Source: Nitrospinaceae bacterium | GTDB lineage: Bacteria > Nitrospinota > Nitrospinia > Nitrospinales > JACRGP01 | DNA length: 64,000 nt | Assembly: GCA_029261575.1 (NCBI GenBank) | Contig: JAJDBD010000088.1 | Coordinates: forward strand, 13,524 to 77,523 | Reading direction: 5' to 3' | Shown here: one piece after another, positions 39,325-47,561 of the stretch | Position numbering within the stretch: the first letter of the stretch is position 1 | Layout of the letters: every line of letters begins with the position of its first letter | Made by a program: the position numbers and the translations under genes | Notes under the pieces: model-generated | Told to the model about the DNA's origin: nothing | The model's input: only the letters and a program-made list of their open reading frames with translations | The model's database searches: none

Positions 39325-39573
39325 CTAGCGGCTGTTGTTTAGACGTCGTTCGAGGACTTTGTAGACGTCCTTGAGTTGCTGTATTTCCAGTATCTCGCCG
39401 GTGGACAATTGAACTCCGAATTTGGATTCCAATCCCGAGATCAGGGACATATGGCCGATCGAATCCCATTCCGGAACCTGATCGGGGCTTAGGTTTTCGT
39501 TCAAATCTTCCGGTTCCAGGTCAAACAAGGAACAGAAAATCTCGTTTGCTTCTTCTTTCATGTTGGTATTCAT
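39325..39573 (-). CDS. Acyl carrier protein
   Basis: 82 aa, acidic, with the phosphopantetheine attachment motif WDSIGHMSLI (DSxxxxxL). Confidence 0.8.
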   Translation of the reverse strand: MNTNMKEEANEIFCSLFDLEPEDLNENLSPDQVPEWDSIGHMSLISGLESKFGVQLSTGEILEIQQLKDVYKVLERRLNNSR

Positions 39574-39588
39574 GCGGCTATGGGTGGG

Positions 39589-41424
39589 TCAATCCTGGAG
39601 GGGTTGAACATAGTCCGGCGGATCGGGAAACTTGCCGAGCGCATATTCCCAAATTTCTTCCTGGATATCTTCGCGGTTTTCAATATGTTTGAATCCCAGT
39701 TCCCGATACATGTTTTGACAGACGCCATTTTTGGGGCTGGGAATATAAACGCCCACCAGTTTTCGGGCCTGGCATCGATTGGCCTCGGCGGCCAATTTGG
39801 AAATAAATACCGTTTCCAAGGTAAGGCCGATCACCCGGCAACTCAACAGAAAGACGTCGATCCACCAGGCGCCGTTTTGAATATGGACAATCGCCGCGCC
39901 AATGAGGCCATTATCGCCGTACTTGTCGACCATTTTCAAGCTGTATATTTTATAATCCGGGCGGTCGACGAACCCGGCGATTTCATCCTCAGAATATCGG
40001 CGCGTGGTTAAATTATATTGATTGGTTTTTTTGACGAGTTGACATATCCGGTCGAAGGACGCCGGTTGAATTTCCTTGAAGGCGACTTTCATTTTAAGGT
40101 TTTTATAAAACCCCTCCAGGCTTCCGGCGCTTTCTTTTAAAGAATCGCGGCTTTTTTTCGCCTGATAATGGAGTTGGCGTTGGGCGTCCTCTTCGGTTTG
40201 GGTCAACGCGTCGAAATCATTTAACCCTTCGAGGGCGGCGCGGTACAAGGCGGGATCCTCCGGCAATTCCACCGTAAGAACTTCCGGCGCCATTTCCCTC
40301 ATCATTTCCCTTTCCCTGGGGTTGTCGTCGATGAAAACGATAGAGTCCAAACCTATTCCAATTTCTTTGCTGATTTCCCGAACGTTTTGCGGCTTATCCT
40401 GCCAATTGATTTTAGTCGCCGCGAAATCTTCCTTTTTCAAAAACATGAAAGGATGATTTTGAAAAACCCGGTCCACGTCGCTTTCGTTATTCTTACTGCA
40501 AATAGCCAGGATGATTCCTTTGTTCGCCAGTTCCTTGAGGTACTTTTGGAAATCCAGAAAAATATTTCCCGGCGATTGCGGCTCCAGTTGAATGCCGTCT
40601 ATCCCCGCCTCTCCCAATATCCCGCCCCAAAGAGTGTTGTCCAAATCCACCACCAGGCATTTTTTATTCTTCCCCTTAAGCGGTTTGATGAAGCGCATGT
40701 ATTCGTGGACCAGACTGGGAATGCGGTCGTTGTGAAACGGTTGTTTGAACAAATACCACTGCCTCTCATCCTTCCAGCGATCCCACCCCGCCTTGTTGAC
40801 CAGCTTGTTGTAGTCCAGACAATAAATTCCCTTTTTCCCGGAAATAATATTGGAATGGAAGCAGGCGTTCAAATACGCATGACTCTCAAAAACGCTATTG
40901 GCGCCGAAAGGATCGGACAAGCGGTCGAAGGGATAATGAAAATTATGAATCAGAAGAGGACACTTGAAGCGGTCTTTTAACATTCCCGCGAGGGCGGCAA
41001 CCTGCTCCAGTTCTTCGCGCGTTTTTTCTTCAAGGTCCGCGCCGTTGGCGTTTCCGGTATTCTGGTAAATGTGAGGAAAAATTTCTTCGCCCAACAATCC
41101 GAGGATGATCAGATCGGGTTGAAAACCGCCTTCCGAGCCTTCGCCCAACTTGGAGACGACGCCGAAATATTCATGGGAGACCATCTCGGGCGCCAAACCC
41201 AGCTTGAAACATTCGACCCGCAAGGCTTTTTTGACCATCTCCGCGGTGAAATTGGTAATGATCATGCACCGGAAAGTTTCTCTCCGAATAGGCTCTCCGG
41301 GAACCGGATCGAGGTTTTCGTTTTTCAATAACCGGTCGATTTTTTTTTCGAGCAAAACGTAATCGTGGAAACAGAGCTTCCCTTTTTTCTTTGCCTCGTA
41401 ATCAAGGATCAATTCTCGAATCAT
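39589..41424 (-). CDS. FkbH-like protein (HAD-IIIC phosphatase domain plus C-terminal GNAT-like domain)
   Basis: 611 aa. HAD motif I VVDLDNTLWGG, later SKNN and FIDDNP. The C-terminal ~150 aa are acyltransferase-like. This is the FkbH/OzmB-type architecture. Confidence 0.8.
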   Translation of the reverse strand: MIRELILDYEAKKKGKLCFHDYVLLEKKIDRLLKNENLDPVPGEPIRRETFRCMIITNFTAEMVKKALRVECFKLGLAPEMVSHEYFGVVSKLGEGSEGGFQPDLIILGLLGEEIFPHIYQNTGNANGADLEEKTREELEQVAALAGMLKDRFKCPLLIHNFHYPFDRLSDPFGANSVFESHAYLNACFHSNIISGKKGIYCLDYNKLVNKAGWDRWKDERQWYLFKQPFHNDRIPSLVHEYMRFIKPLKGKNKKCLVVDLDNTLWGGILGEAGIDGIQLEPQSPGNIFLDFQKYLKELANKGIILAICSKNNESDVDRVFQNHPFMFLKKEDFAATKINWQDKPQNVREISKEIGIGLDSIVFIDDNPREREMMREMAPEVLTVELPEDPALYRAALEGLNDFDALTQTEEDAQRQLHYQAKKSRDSLKESAGSLEGFYKNLKMKVAFKEIQPASFDRICQLVKKTNQYNLTTRRYSEDEIAGFVDRPDYKIYSLKMVDKYGDNGLIGAAIVHIQNGAWWIDVFLLSCRVIGLTLETVFISKLAAEANRCQARKLVGVYIPSPKNGVCQNMYRELGFKHIENREDIQEEIWEYALGKFPDPPDYVQPLQD

Positions 41425-41427
41425 AAA

Positions 41428-42186
41428 TCAGAGGGGCATTTTTTCTCCGCCGCAAACGGGGAGGTTGATTCCTGTGAGATATTTGGCGTAGGGGCTTGCA
41501 AGGAAAAGGGCGGCGACGGCGATATCGTCCAACTCCGTGAGTTTGCGCATGGGCGTGTTGGAAACGATTTCCTGAAAAAAACGATCCGGCAGATTTTTAT
41601 TCAAATCCGTTTTGGTGGGACCCGGCGAGATCATATTTACGTTGACGTTGTGCGGTCCCAACTCCACCGCAAGGCTTTTGGAAAAACCTTCCAACGCGGA
41701 TTTGATCGTCACGTAGGGAGCTTGCTGTCCGGGCGGAGTTCCCAATATCCAGGCGGAAAGAACGTTAATGATACTGCCCTGCTCTCGCTCCTTCATTTGT
41801 TTTCCAAACACAAAGCAACAATTGAAAGTTCCTTTTAAAGAGACGTCCACATGGCGCTGGAAATCCTGCCATTCCAAATTGAAAAAACCCTTTTGCTGAA
41901 CCGACGGCCCGGCGTTATTGACCAGGACGTCCACCGGTCCAAAATGTTTTTCAACTTCTTCGGCCATCTTTTCCACCGCGTCCCGGTCCGCAACGTCCGC
42001 CTGAATGGAAATCGCCTCGCCGCCGTTTTTGATAATTTCTTCTTCGATGGACTTCGCCGCTTTGGAATTGGACTTGAAATTCAAAACTACCTTGGCCTTA
42101 TGGGCGGCGAAATACCTGGCCATGGCGGACCCTATGCCCCGGCTGGCGCCGGTGACGACCACCACTTTGCTTTCTAAGTCGAGCAT
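41428..42186 (-). CDS. SDR-family oxidoreductase, 3-oxoacyl-ACP reductase (FabG)-like
   Basis: 252 aa with TGASRGIGSA (TGxxxGxG), NNAG, and S...YxxxK (YVTIK). Confidence 0.85.
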   Translation of the reverse strand: MLDLESKVVVVTGASRGIGSAMARYFAAHKAKVVLNFKSNSKAAKSIEEEIIKNGGEAISIQADVADRDAVEKMAEEVEKHFGPVDVLVNNAGPSVQQKGFFNLEWQDFQRHVDVSLKGTFNCCFVFGKQMKEREQGSIINVLSAWILGTPPGQQAPYVTIKSALEGFSKSLAVELGPHNVNVNMISPGPTKTDLNKNLPDRFFQEIVSNTPMRKLTELDDIAVAALFLASPYAKYLTGINLPVCGGEKMPL

Positions 42187-42635
42187 TCTACCGGCCTCGC
42201 CCAGCCATTTGAGTTTTTTTTTTGCGGGGGATTAAAAATCACTTCGGCAGTCCCGGAAATCACTTTTTTATCGTCCTGGTTGACGATCTCCGTGTGGATT
42301 TTTAGGATTTTTGTTGCGGAGTCAATTCCGGTAATTTTACCGCTAATGGTTAGGGTATCGCCTACAAAAACCGGACTCAGAAACGAAAGCTTTTGCGAAC
42401 GATACAACGCGCCCGCTCCCGGAAGCATGACGCCCACGAGGGTGGAGATAAACGAAGAGGCCAGCATGCCATGGCAAATACTGCCCGTCGAGAGAATCTC
42501 CTGGGCGAAATCGTCGTCGAGGTGAATCGGGTTGTCGTCGCCGGTAAGCTCGACAAAGGCCCGAAGGTCTTTGTCCTCGATTTTCTTTTGAAAGCTGGCT
42601 TCCTGGCCTACTTGGAAATCTTCCCAGGTTTTCAT
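42174..42635 (-). CDS. MaoC-like (R)-specific hydratase/dehydratase (hot-dog fold)
   Basis: 153 aa with LTGDDNPIHLD and ICHGML motifs. 13-nt overlap with the fabG-like start. Confidence 0.8.
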   Translation of the reverse strand: MKTWEDFQVGQEASFQKKIEDKDLRAFVELTGDDNPIHLDDDFAQEILSTGSICHGMLASSFISTLVGVMLPGAGALYRSQKLSFLSPVFVGDTLTISGKITGIDSATKILKIHTEIVNQDDKKVISGTAEVIFNPPQKKNSNGWARPVECST

Positions 42636-42800
42636 GGATTGGATAATTGGATAAAAAGAGAGGATCGCTTAATATTTTTTACCGTCGGATGCAGATAAGG
42701 CAATGAAACCCGCCGCCTGCTTTTCATATATTAACACAAAGCCGACAAAACCTTTTGAATGAATCAAACCTCGGTCCGGAATGCGAAATACCGCGCCATT

Positions 42801-43382
42801 CTAGTCTGAGTAAACCGTTTTGATGATGGTTGCGGATTTGCGTATCCCCTGACACAAGGCTTGGACCGATGCGCTGGATCCTGCGGAGGACGCCACCGAC
42901 AAGAAATCCGACTCCGCATTTTTTCCTATGAATTGACCGAGAAAAGCTTCCGATACCAACTCGTCTCTTTGCAAACCTTTGAACTCCAAAATCTCTACCC
43001 TTTTAATCCTCCCGTCGGGGCCGCAAACAACCATGTAATGAATATCCAACGGATGGTGGGCGAGGTTGACGACCCTGTCAAAATGGGCGAGACCGATTTT
43101 TTTTCCATCTTTAATTCCCACATGCAACTTGACCCTTTTCTGATTGAACGGTTGACCGGTCAAATCCTGGATCGATTTTTTCTGGGTCTTATCCAACCAT
43201 TTTTTTTCAATCGTTACTTGGTCCGCATCCGAAAAGGCTTTGTCCAAGGCTTGCTTCTTTGTCAGATAGGTCTTGGATCGAACCTCCTCCTCTTTCAGGA
43301 TATGCCCCTGGGCAGGCATATGTTCAAAAACAAAAATCCCAACCAAGCAAAGCCAAAGCGCATTCCTTAATCTCATTTTCAT
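42801..43382 (-). CDS. Secreted protein with FMN_bind-like domain
   Basis: N-terminal signal/anchor. The C-terminal part, IKRVEILEFKG...FLGQFIGKN...SSAGSSASVQAL, resembles the FMN-binding domains of NosR/RnfG/NqrC, but the flavinylation motif (SGAT) is not canonical. Confidence 0.4.
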   Translation of the reverse strand: MKMRLRNALWLCLVGIFVFEHMPAQGHILKEEEVRSKTYLTKKQALDKAFSDADQVTIEKKWLDKTQKKSIQDLTGQPFNQKRVKLHVGIKDGKKIGLAHFDRVVNLAHHPLDIHYMVVCGPDGRIKRVEILEFKGLQRDELVSEAFLGQFIGKNAESDFLSVASSAGSSASVQALCQGIRKSATIIKTVYSD

Positions 43383-43472
43383 TGTTGGTTTCTCCTTTTC
43401 AAGGAAATTTTATCGGTTTCTCTTTCAAAGGTTGGAAACCCAATAAATATTTTTGCCGTCCCATCTTTAACG

Positions 43473-46400
43473 TCATGCTCTTTTTCTCCATCTGAACTCC
43501 AAAACCATAGAATAAATTGCTGGGAGCACAATCAAAGTCAGCAAAGTCGCCGAAACCATGCCGCCCACCATGGGCGCGGCGATTCGCTTCATCACCTCGG
43601 AGCCGGTTCCGTGTCCCCACATGATCGGCAACAAGCCGCCTATCACCGCCGCCACCGTCATCATGATGGGCCGCACTCTTTCCGTCACGCCCTCCATCAC
43701 CACGTCGCGGATTTCCTTTTTGCTCGCAAAGCCGCCAGAGTTCAATTTTCTCTGATAGGCGTGGTCGATGTACACCAACACCAGCACGCCGATTTCCGAC
43801 GCCACTCCCGCCAACGCGATGAATCCGACCCCGACGGCGACGCTCAGTTCGTATTGCAAATAATAAAGGTACCAGACGCCGCCCACCAGGGCGAACGGCA
43901 GGGACAACATGACGATCAGGCTCTCGGTCAGATTGTTAAAATTTAAATACAATAATAAAAAAATAAGAACCAGCGTCAGGGGAACCACAAGTTTCAATCT
44001 TTCCTTGGCGCGTTCCATGTATTCGTACTGGCCGCTCCATTGCAAGGAATAACCGGAGGGGAGCTGAAAGTTTTCGGCCAATATTTTTTTGGCGTTGGCG
44101 ACATAGGTTCCCACGTCGATATCTTTAATGTCGATATAGATCCAGGCGTTGAGGCGGGCATTTTCGCTTTTAACGACCGGCGGTCCTTTCTTGATGGAAA
44201 TATCCGCCACCTGCGCCATGGGCACATGCTCGCCGCGCGGCGTGGGGATCAATACGCGTTTCAGTTTATTGATATCGTCGCGCAAATCCCGGCTGTAACG
44301 CAGGTTCACCGGATAGCGCTCCCGACCTTCCACGGTGGTGGTGATGTTCATCCCGCCGATCGCGGTCTGGATGACGTCCTGCACGTCGCCGGTGGTCAAG
44401 CCGTAGCGCGCCGCTTGCTCGCGCTTGATTTCAAAGTCGAAATAATTTCCGCCCACAACCCGCTCGGCGAAAACGCTCAGGGTTCCCGGTACGGTTTTAA
44501 TGACCGATTCCACCTTCGCCCCCAATTCCTGGAGAACGTTTAAGTCGTCGCCGGCGATCTTGATCCCAACGGGCGTTTTTATTCCCGTGGACAGCATATC
44601 GATGCGCGTCTTGATGGGCATGGTCCAGGCGTTGGTGACGCCTGGAATTTTTATGGCGGCGTCCATTTCCGCGATCAATTTTTTTGTCGTCATCCCCTCG
44701 CGCCATTCGCTCTCCGGTTTCAGCATGACGGTCGTTTCCATCATGCTAAGCGGCGCGGGATCGGTGGCGGTTTCGGCGCGGCCGATCTTTCCAAAAACCC
44801 GGCGGACTTCCGGGAATTGTTTAATCATTTTGTCTGTCTGCTGAACCAGTTCCCTGGCTTTGGTGATGGAAATTCCCGGCAGAGTGGTGGGCATGTACAA
44901 AATGTCGCCTTCGTTGAGCGGCGGCATGAACTCGGAACCGAGCTGTTTCAGCGGAATCAGCGTGATCGCCAGAATCAGCAAGCCGCCGAGGAGGGTTAAA
45001 AATTTCATCCTGAGCGCGAGCCAGATCACGGGTCGGAACAAAATATTCAATATCCAGTTGACGGGGTTTTTCCGCTCCGGAAGAATTTTTCCGCGAATTA
45101 AATATCCCATCAAAACCGGAACCAGCGTCACCGAAAGAATCGCGGCGGCGGCCATGGAGTAGGTTTTGGTGAAAGCGAGCGGGGCGAACAATCGGCCCTC
45201 CTGCGCTTGCAGGCTGAAAACGGGTAAAAACGAAACCGTGATGATGAGCAAACTGAAAAACAGCGCCGGTCCCACTTCGCTGGAGGCTTCGTAAATTATT
45301 TGCCAATGATTTTTCTTGCGGTCCCGGTCGCGCTCCAGATGTTTGTGGACGTTTTCCACCATCACGATGGCGCCGTCTATCATGGCGCCGATGGCGATGG
45401 CGATTCCCCCCAGCGACATGATGTTGGCGTTCAACCCCTGTAAATTCATGACGATCAGAGCCATCAAAATTCCCAAAGGAATCGTCAGGATAGCCACCAG
45501 GGCGGATCGCATATGCAATAGAAACACCAGGCAAACCAGCGATACCACCAGAAACTCTTCCTCCAGTTTCTCTTTCAGGTTGTCCACCGCGCGCAAGATC
45601 AACCCGGACCGGTCGTAGACGGTAACAATTTCCACTCCCTCGGGCAGGCCGCTCTTTAATTCCTCGAGTTTTGCCTTAACCCGGTTGATAACCTCCAATG
45701 TGTTTTCGCCGAATCGCTGGATCACGACGCCGCCGACGACTTCGCCCTCGCCGTCAAGCTCCGCCAGTCCCCGACGCATTTCCGGTCCCAGGTGAACGTT
45801 TGCCACGTCGCGAATTAAAATCGGGGCGCCATGGGCGTCCACGCCCAAAGGAATACTCTTGATATCGTCGACGCCTTTGATGTAACCCAGCCCCCGGACC
45901 ATGAACTCGGTTTCGGACATCTCCAGCGCCCTTCCCCCGACGTCGTTGTTGCTTCTTTTGATGGCGCTGGAAATTTTGTGCAGAGGAATATTGTAGGCGA
46001 TGAGTTTGTTGGGGTCGATCTCCACTTGATATTGCTTGACGTATCCGCCGACGCCGGCGACCTCGGAAACGCCGGGCACGGTTTGCAGTTCATAACGCAA
46101 ATACCAGTCCTGGATAGACCGCAAATCCGAGAGATCGTTCTTGCCGGTTTTATCGACCAGGGCGTATTCGTAGACCCAGCCCACCCCCGTGGCGTCCGGG
46201 CCCAGGGTGGGGTTGACGCCTTCCGGCAACCTGCCGCCGACAAAATTGAGTTGCTCCAGAACGCGGCTTCGCGCCCAATACATATCCGTCCCGTCTTCGA
46301 AAATAATATAAACAAATGAAAACCCAAAAAACGAATAGCCGCGCACGATTTGGGCGAAAGGAACCGAAAGCATGGCCGTGGTCAAAGGATAGGTGATCTG

Positions 46401-46589
46401 GTCCTCGACGATTTGCGGGGCCTGGCCGGGAAACTTTGTGAATATGATCACCTGCACGTCGCTGAGGTCGGGAATGGCGTCGAGCGGCGTCCTTAACATG
46501 GAATAGATCCCGAACGCGATCAGAAACCCGGTTCCCAGGAGAACCAGAAATCTGTTTTTCAGAGAAAGCGCGATTACTTTTTTTAGCAT
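43473..46589 (-). CDS. cusA: Heavy-metal efflux RND pump, CusA-type (Cu/Ag)
   Basis: 1038 aa, 12-TM RND layout. The TM4 signature SLGGIAIAIGAMIDGAIVMVEN matches the monovalent-cation (CusA) type rather than the Czc DFG-DGA-VEN type. Confidence 0.88.
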   Translation of the reverse strand: MLKKVIALSLKNRFLVLLGTGFLIAFGIYSMLRTPLDAIPDLSDVQVIIFTKFPGQAPQIVEDQITYPLTTAMLSVPFAQIVRGYSFFGFSFVYIIFEDGTDMYWARSRVLEQLNFVGGRLPEGVNPTLGPDATGVGWVYEYALVDKTGKNDLSDLRSIQDWYLRYELQTVPGVSEVAGVGGYVKQYQVEIDPNKLIAYNIPLHKISSAIKRSNNDVGGRALEMSETEFMVRGLGYIKGVDDIKSIPLGVDAHGAPILIRDVANVHLGPEMRRGLAELDGEGEVVGGVVIQRFGENTLEVINRVKAKLEELKSGLPEGVEIVTVYDRSGLILRAVDNLKEKLEEEFLVVSLVCLVFLLHMRSALVAILTIPLGILMALIVMNLQGLNANIMSLGGIAIAIGAMIDGAIVMVENVHKHLERDRDRKKNHWQIIYEASSEVGPALFFSLLIITVSFLPVFSLQAQEGRLFAPLAFTKTYSMAAAAILSVTLVPVLMGYLIRGKILPERKNPVNWILNILFRPVIWLALRMKFLTLLGGLLILAITLIPLKQLGSEFMPPLNEGDILYMPTTLPGISITKARELVQQTDKMIKQFPEVRRVFGKIGRAETATDPAPLSMMETTVMLKPESEWREGMTTKKLIAEMDAAIKIPGVTNAWTMPIKTRIDMLSTGIKTPVGIKIAGDDLNVLQELGAKVESVIKTVPGTLSVFAERVVGGNYFDFEIKREQAARYGLTTGDVQDVIQTAIGGMNITTTVEGRERYPVNLRYSRDLRDDINKLKRVLIPTPRGEHVPMAQVADISIKKGPPVVKSENARLNAWIYIDIKDIDVGTYVANAKKILAENFQLPSGYSLQWSGQYEYMERAKERLKLVVPLTLVLIFLLLYLNFNNLTESLIVMLSLPFALVGGVWYLYYLQYELSVAVGVGFIALAGVASEIGVLVLVYIDHAYQRKLNSGGFASKKEIRDVVMEGVTERVRPIMMTVAAVIGGLLPIMWGHGTGSEVMKRIAAPMVGGMVSATLLTLIVLPAIYSMVLEFRWRKRA

Positions 46590-46601
46590 TATTTTGCCTC
46601 T

Positions 46602-47549
46602 TTAAATGCGGTCTTTCGCGCGGGTTTCAATATATTTTTTGGGAAATTGTTGGAATTCGTTTCGGCATACTTCAGAACAAAACCAATATTTTTGCTCCTG
46701 ATAAATATGTAGTATAGGAAGATTTCTTTCTTTAAAAGACATTCCACAAACCAGGTCGTAATCCAGATTCCCTGTACGAGTTCTTAAAAATTTTAAAAAT
46801 GAATCGACCAGACCAGGGTCAAAATGACTGCCTTTTTCGCTTTCAATAATCCTCAGGGTTTCATTTTCACTCAATGCCTTCCGGTAGGCTCTGCCATGGA
46901 TCATTCCGTCGTAAGCGTCGACGATGCTGATTATTTTTGAACCCAAAGGAATTTCCGGCCCATGAAGTCCGTCCGGATAGCCAGTACCGTCGATTCTTTC
47001 GTGATGATGCCGAATTGTTTTTTGAATTTTTTCAAAACCCTTTAGTTTTTTAATGGATTCCGATCCTAAAATTGGATGTTTTTTTATTGTCTGAAATTCT
47101 TCGACATTCAATTTCCCTGGTTTTTTCAAAATATGGTCGGGAATGCCAATTTTCCCGACGTCGTGCAACTCTGCGGCCTGAGCAATCTCTTCGATCTCCT
47201 TGGAAGGCAATTCAAGAAATTCGGCAAAATTCCGGCTTAAATTCCGAACGTTTATGGAATGGCCCTCCGTATAGGGGTCTTTCAAATCAATCATTGAAAT
47301 CAAGGCCAGTTGAATGCTCATGTATTCTTCAAATTTTTCATTTTGAAGCTGTAAAAACTTTGCAGCATAAATCAACGTCGCCAAGGACAAAATAAACAAC
47401 CAAACTCCCGCTCCCAACATAAACGCATAATGACGGTTGCCCAACAACCCCGCCCAAATGATAGAACCAACTGCAATCACTAAAGTTAAGACAACAAGAA
47501 TGGAAATTACCCAAATGATTCTTCGGTTTTTTTTATGAAACGAACTCAT
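46602..47549 (-). CDS. Membrane-anchored HD-GYP phosphodiesterase fused to a C-terminal YHS/TRASH metal-binding domain
   Basis: Two N-terminal TM helices. HD-GYP motifs HDVGK and HHERIDGTGYPDGL. C-terminal DLVCGMSF...YWFCSEVCRNEFQQFPKKY matches the YHS pattern (CGM...FCS..C). 12-nt gaps to cusB and cusA. Confidence 0.85.
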   Translation of the reverse strand: MSSFHKKNRRIIWVISILVVLTLVIAVGSIIWAGLLGNRHYAFMLGAGVWLFILSLATLIYAAKFLQLQNEKFEEYMSIQLALISMIDLKDPYTEGHSINVRNLSRNFAEFLELPSKEIEEIAQAAELHDVGKIGIPDHILKKPGKLNVEEFQTIKKHPILGSESIKKLKGFEKIQKTIRHHHERIDGTGYPDGLHGPEIPLGSKIISIVDAYDGMIHGRAYRKALSENETLRIIESEKGSHFDPGLVDSFLKFLRTRTGNLDYDLVCGMSFKERNLPILHIYQEQKYWFCSEVCRNEFQQFPKKYIETRAKDRI

Positions 47550-47561
47550 TTGCTTAAGCTC

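Noticed and set aside
30036-39573. Possible exosortase/PEP-CTERM-type EPS locus. AsnB paralog, O-antigen-ligase-TPR protein, dedicated ACP and Wza-like exporter are all typical accessory genes of such loci.
   Set aside because: No exosortase (EpsH), chain-length determinant/tyrosine kinase, or PEP-CTERM substrate gene is present in the window, so the assignment would be unsupported.
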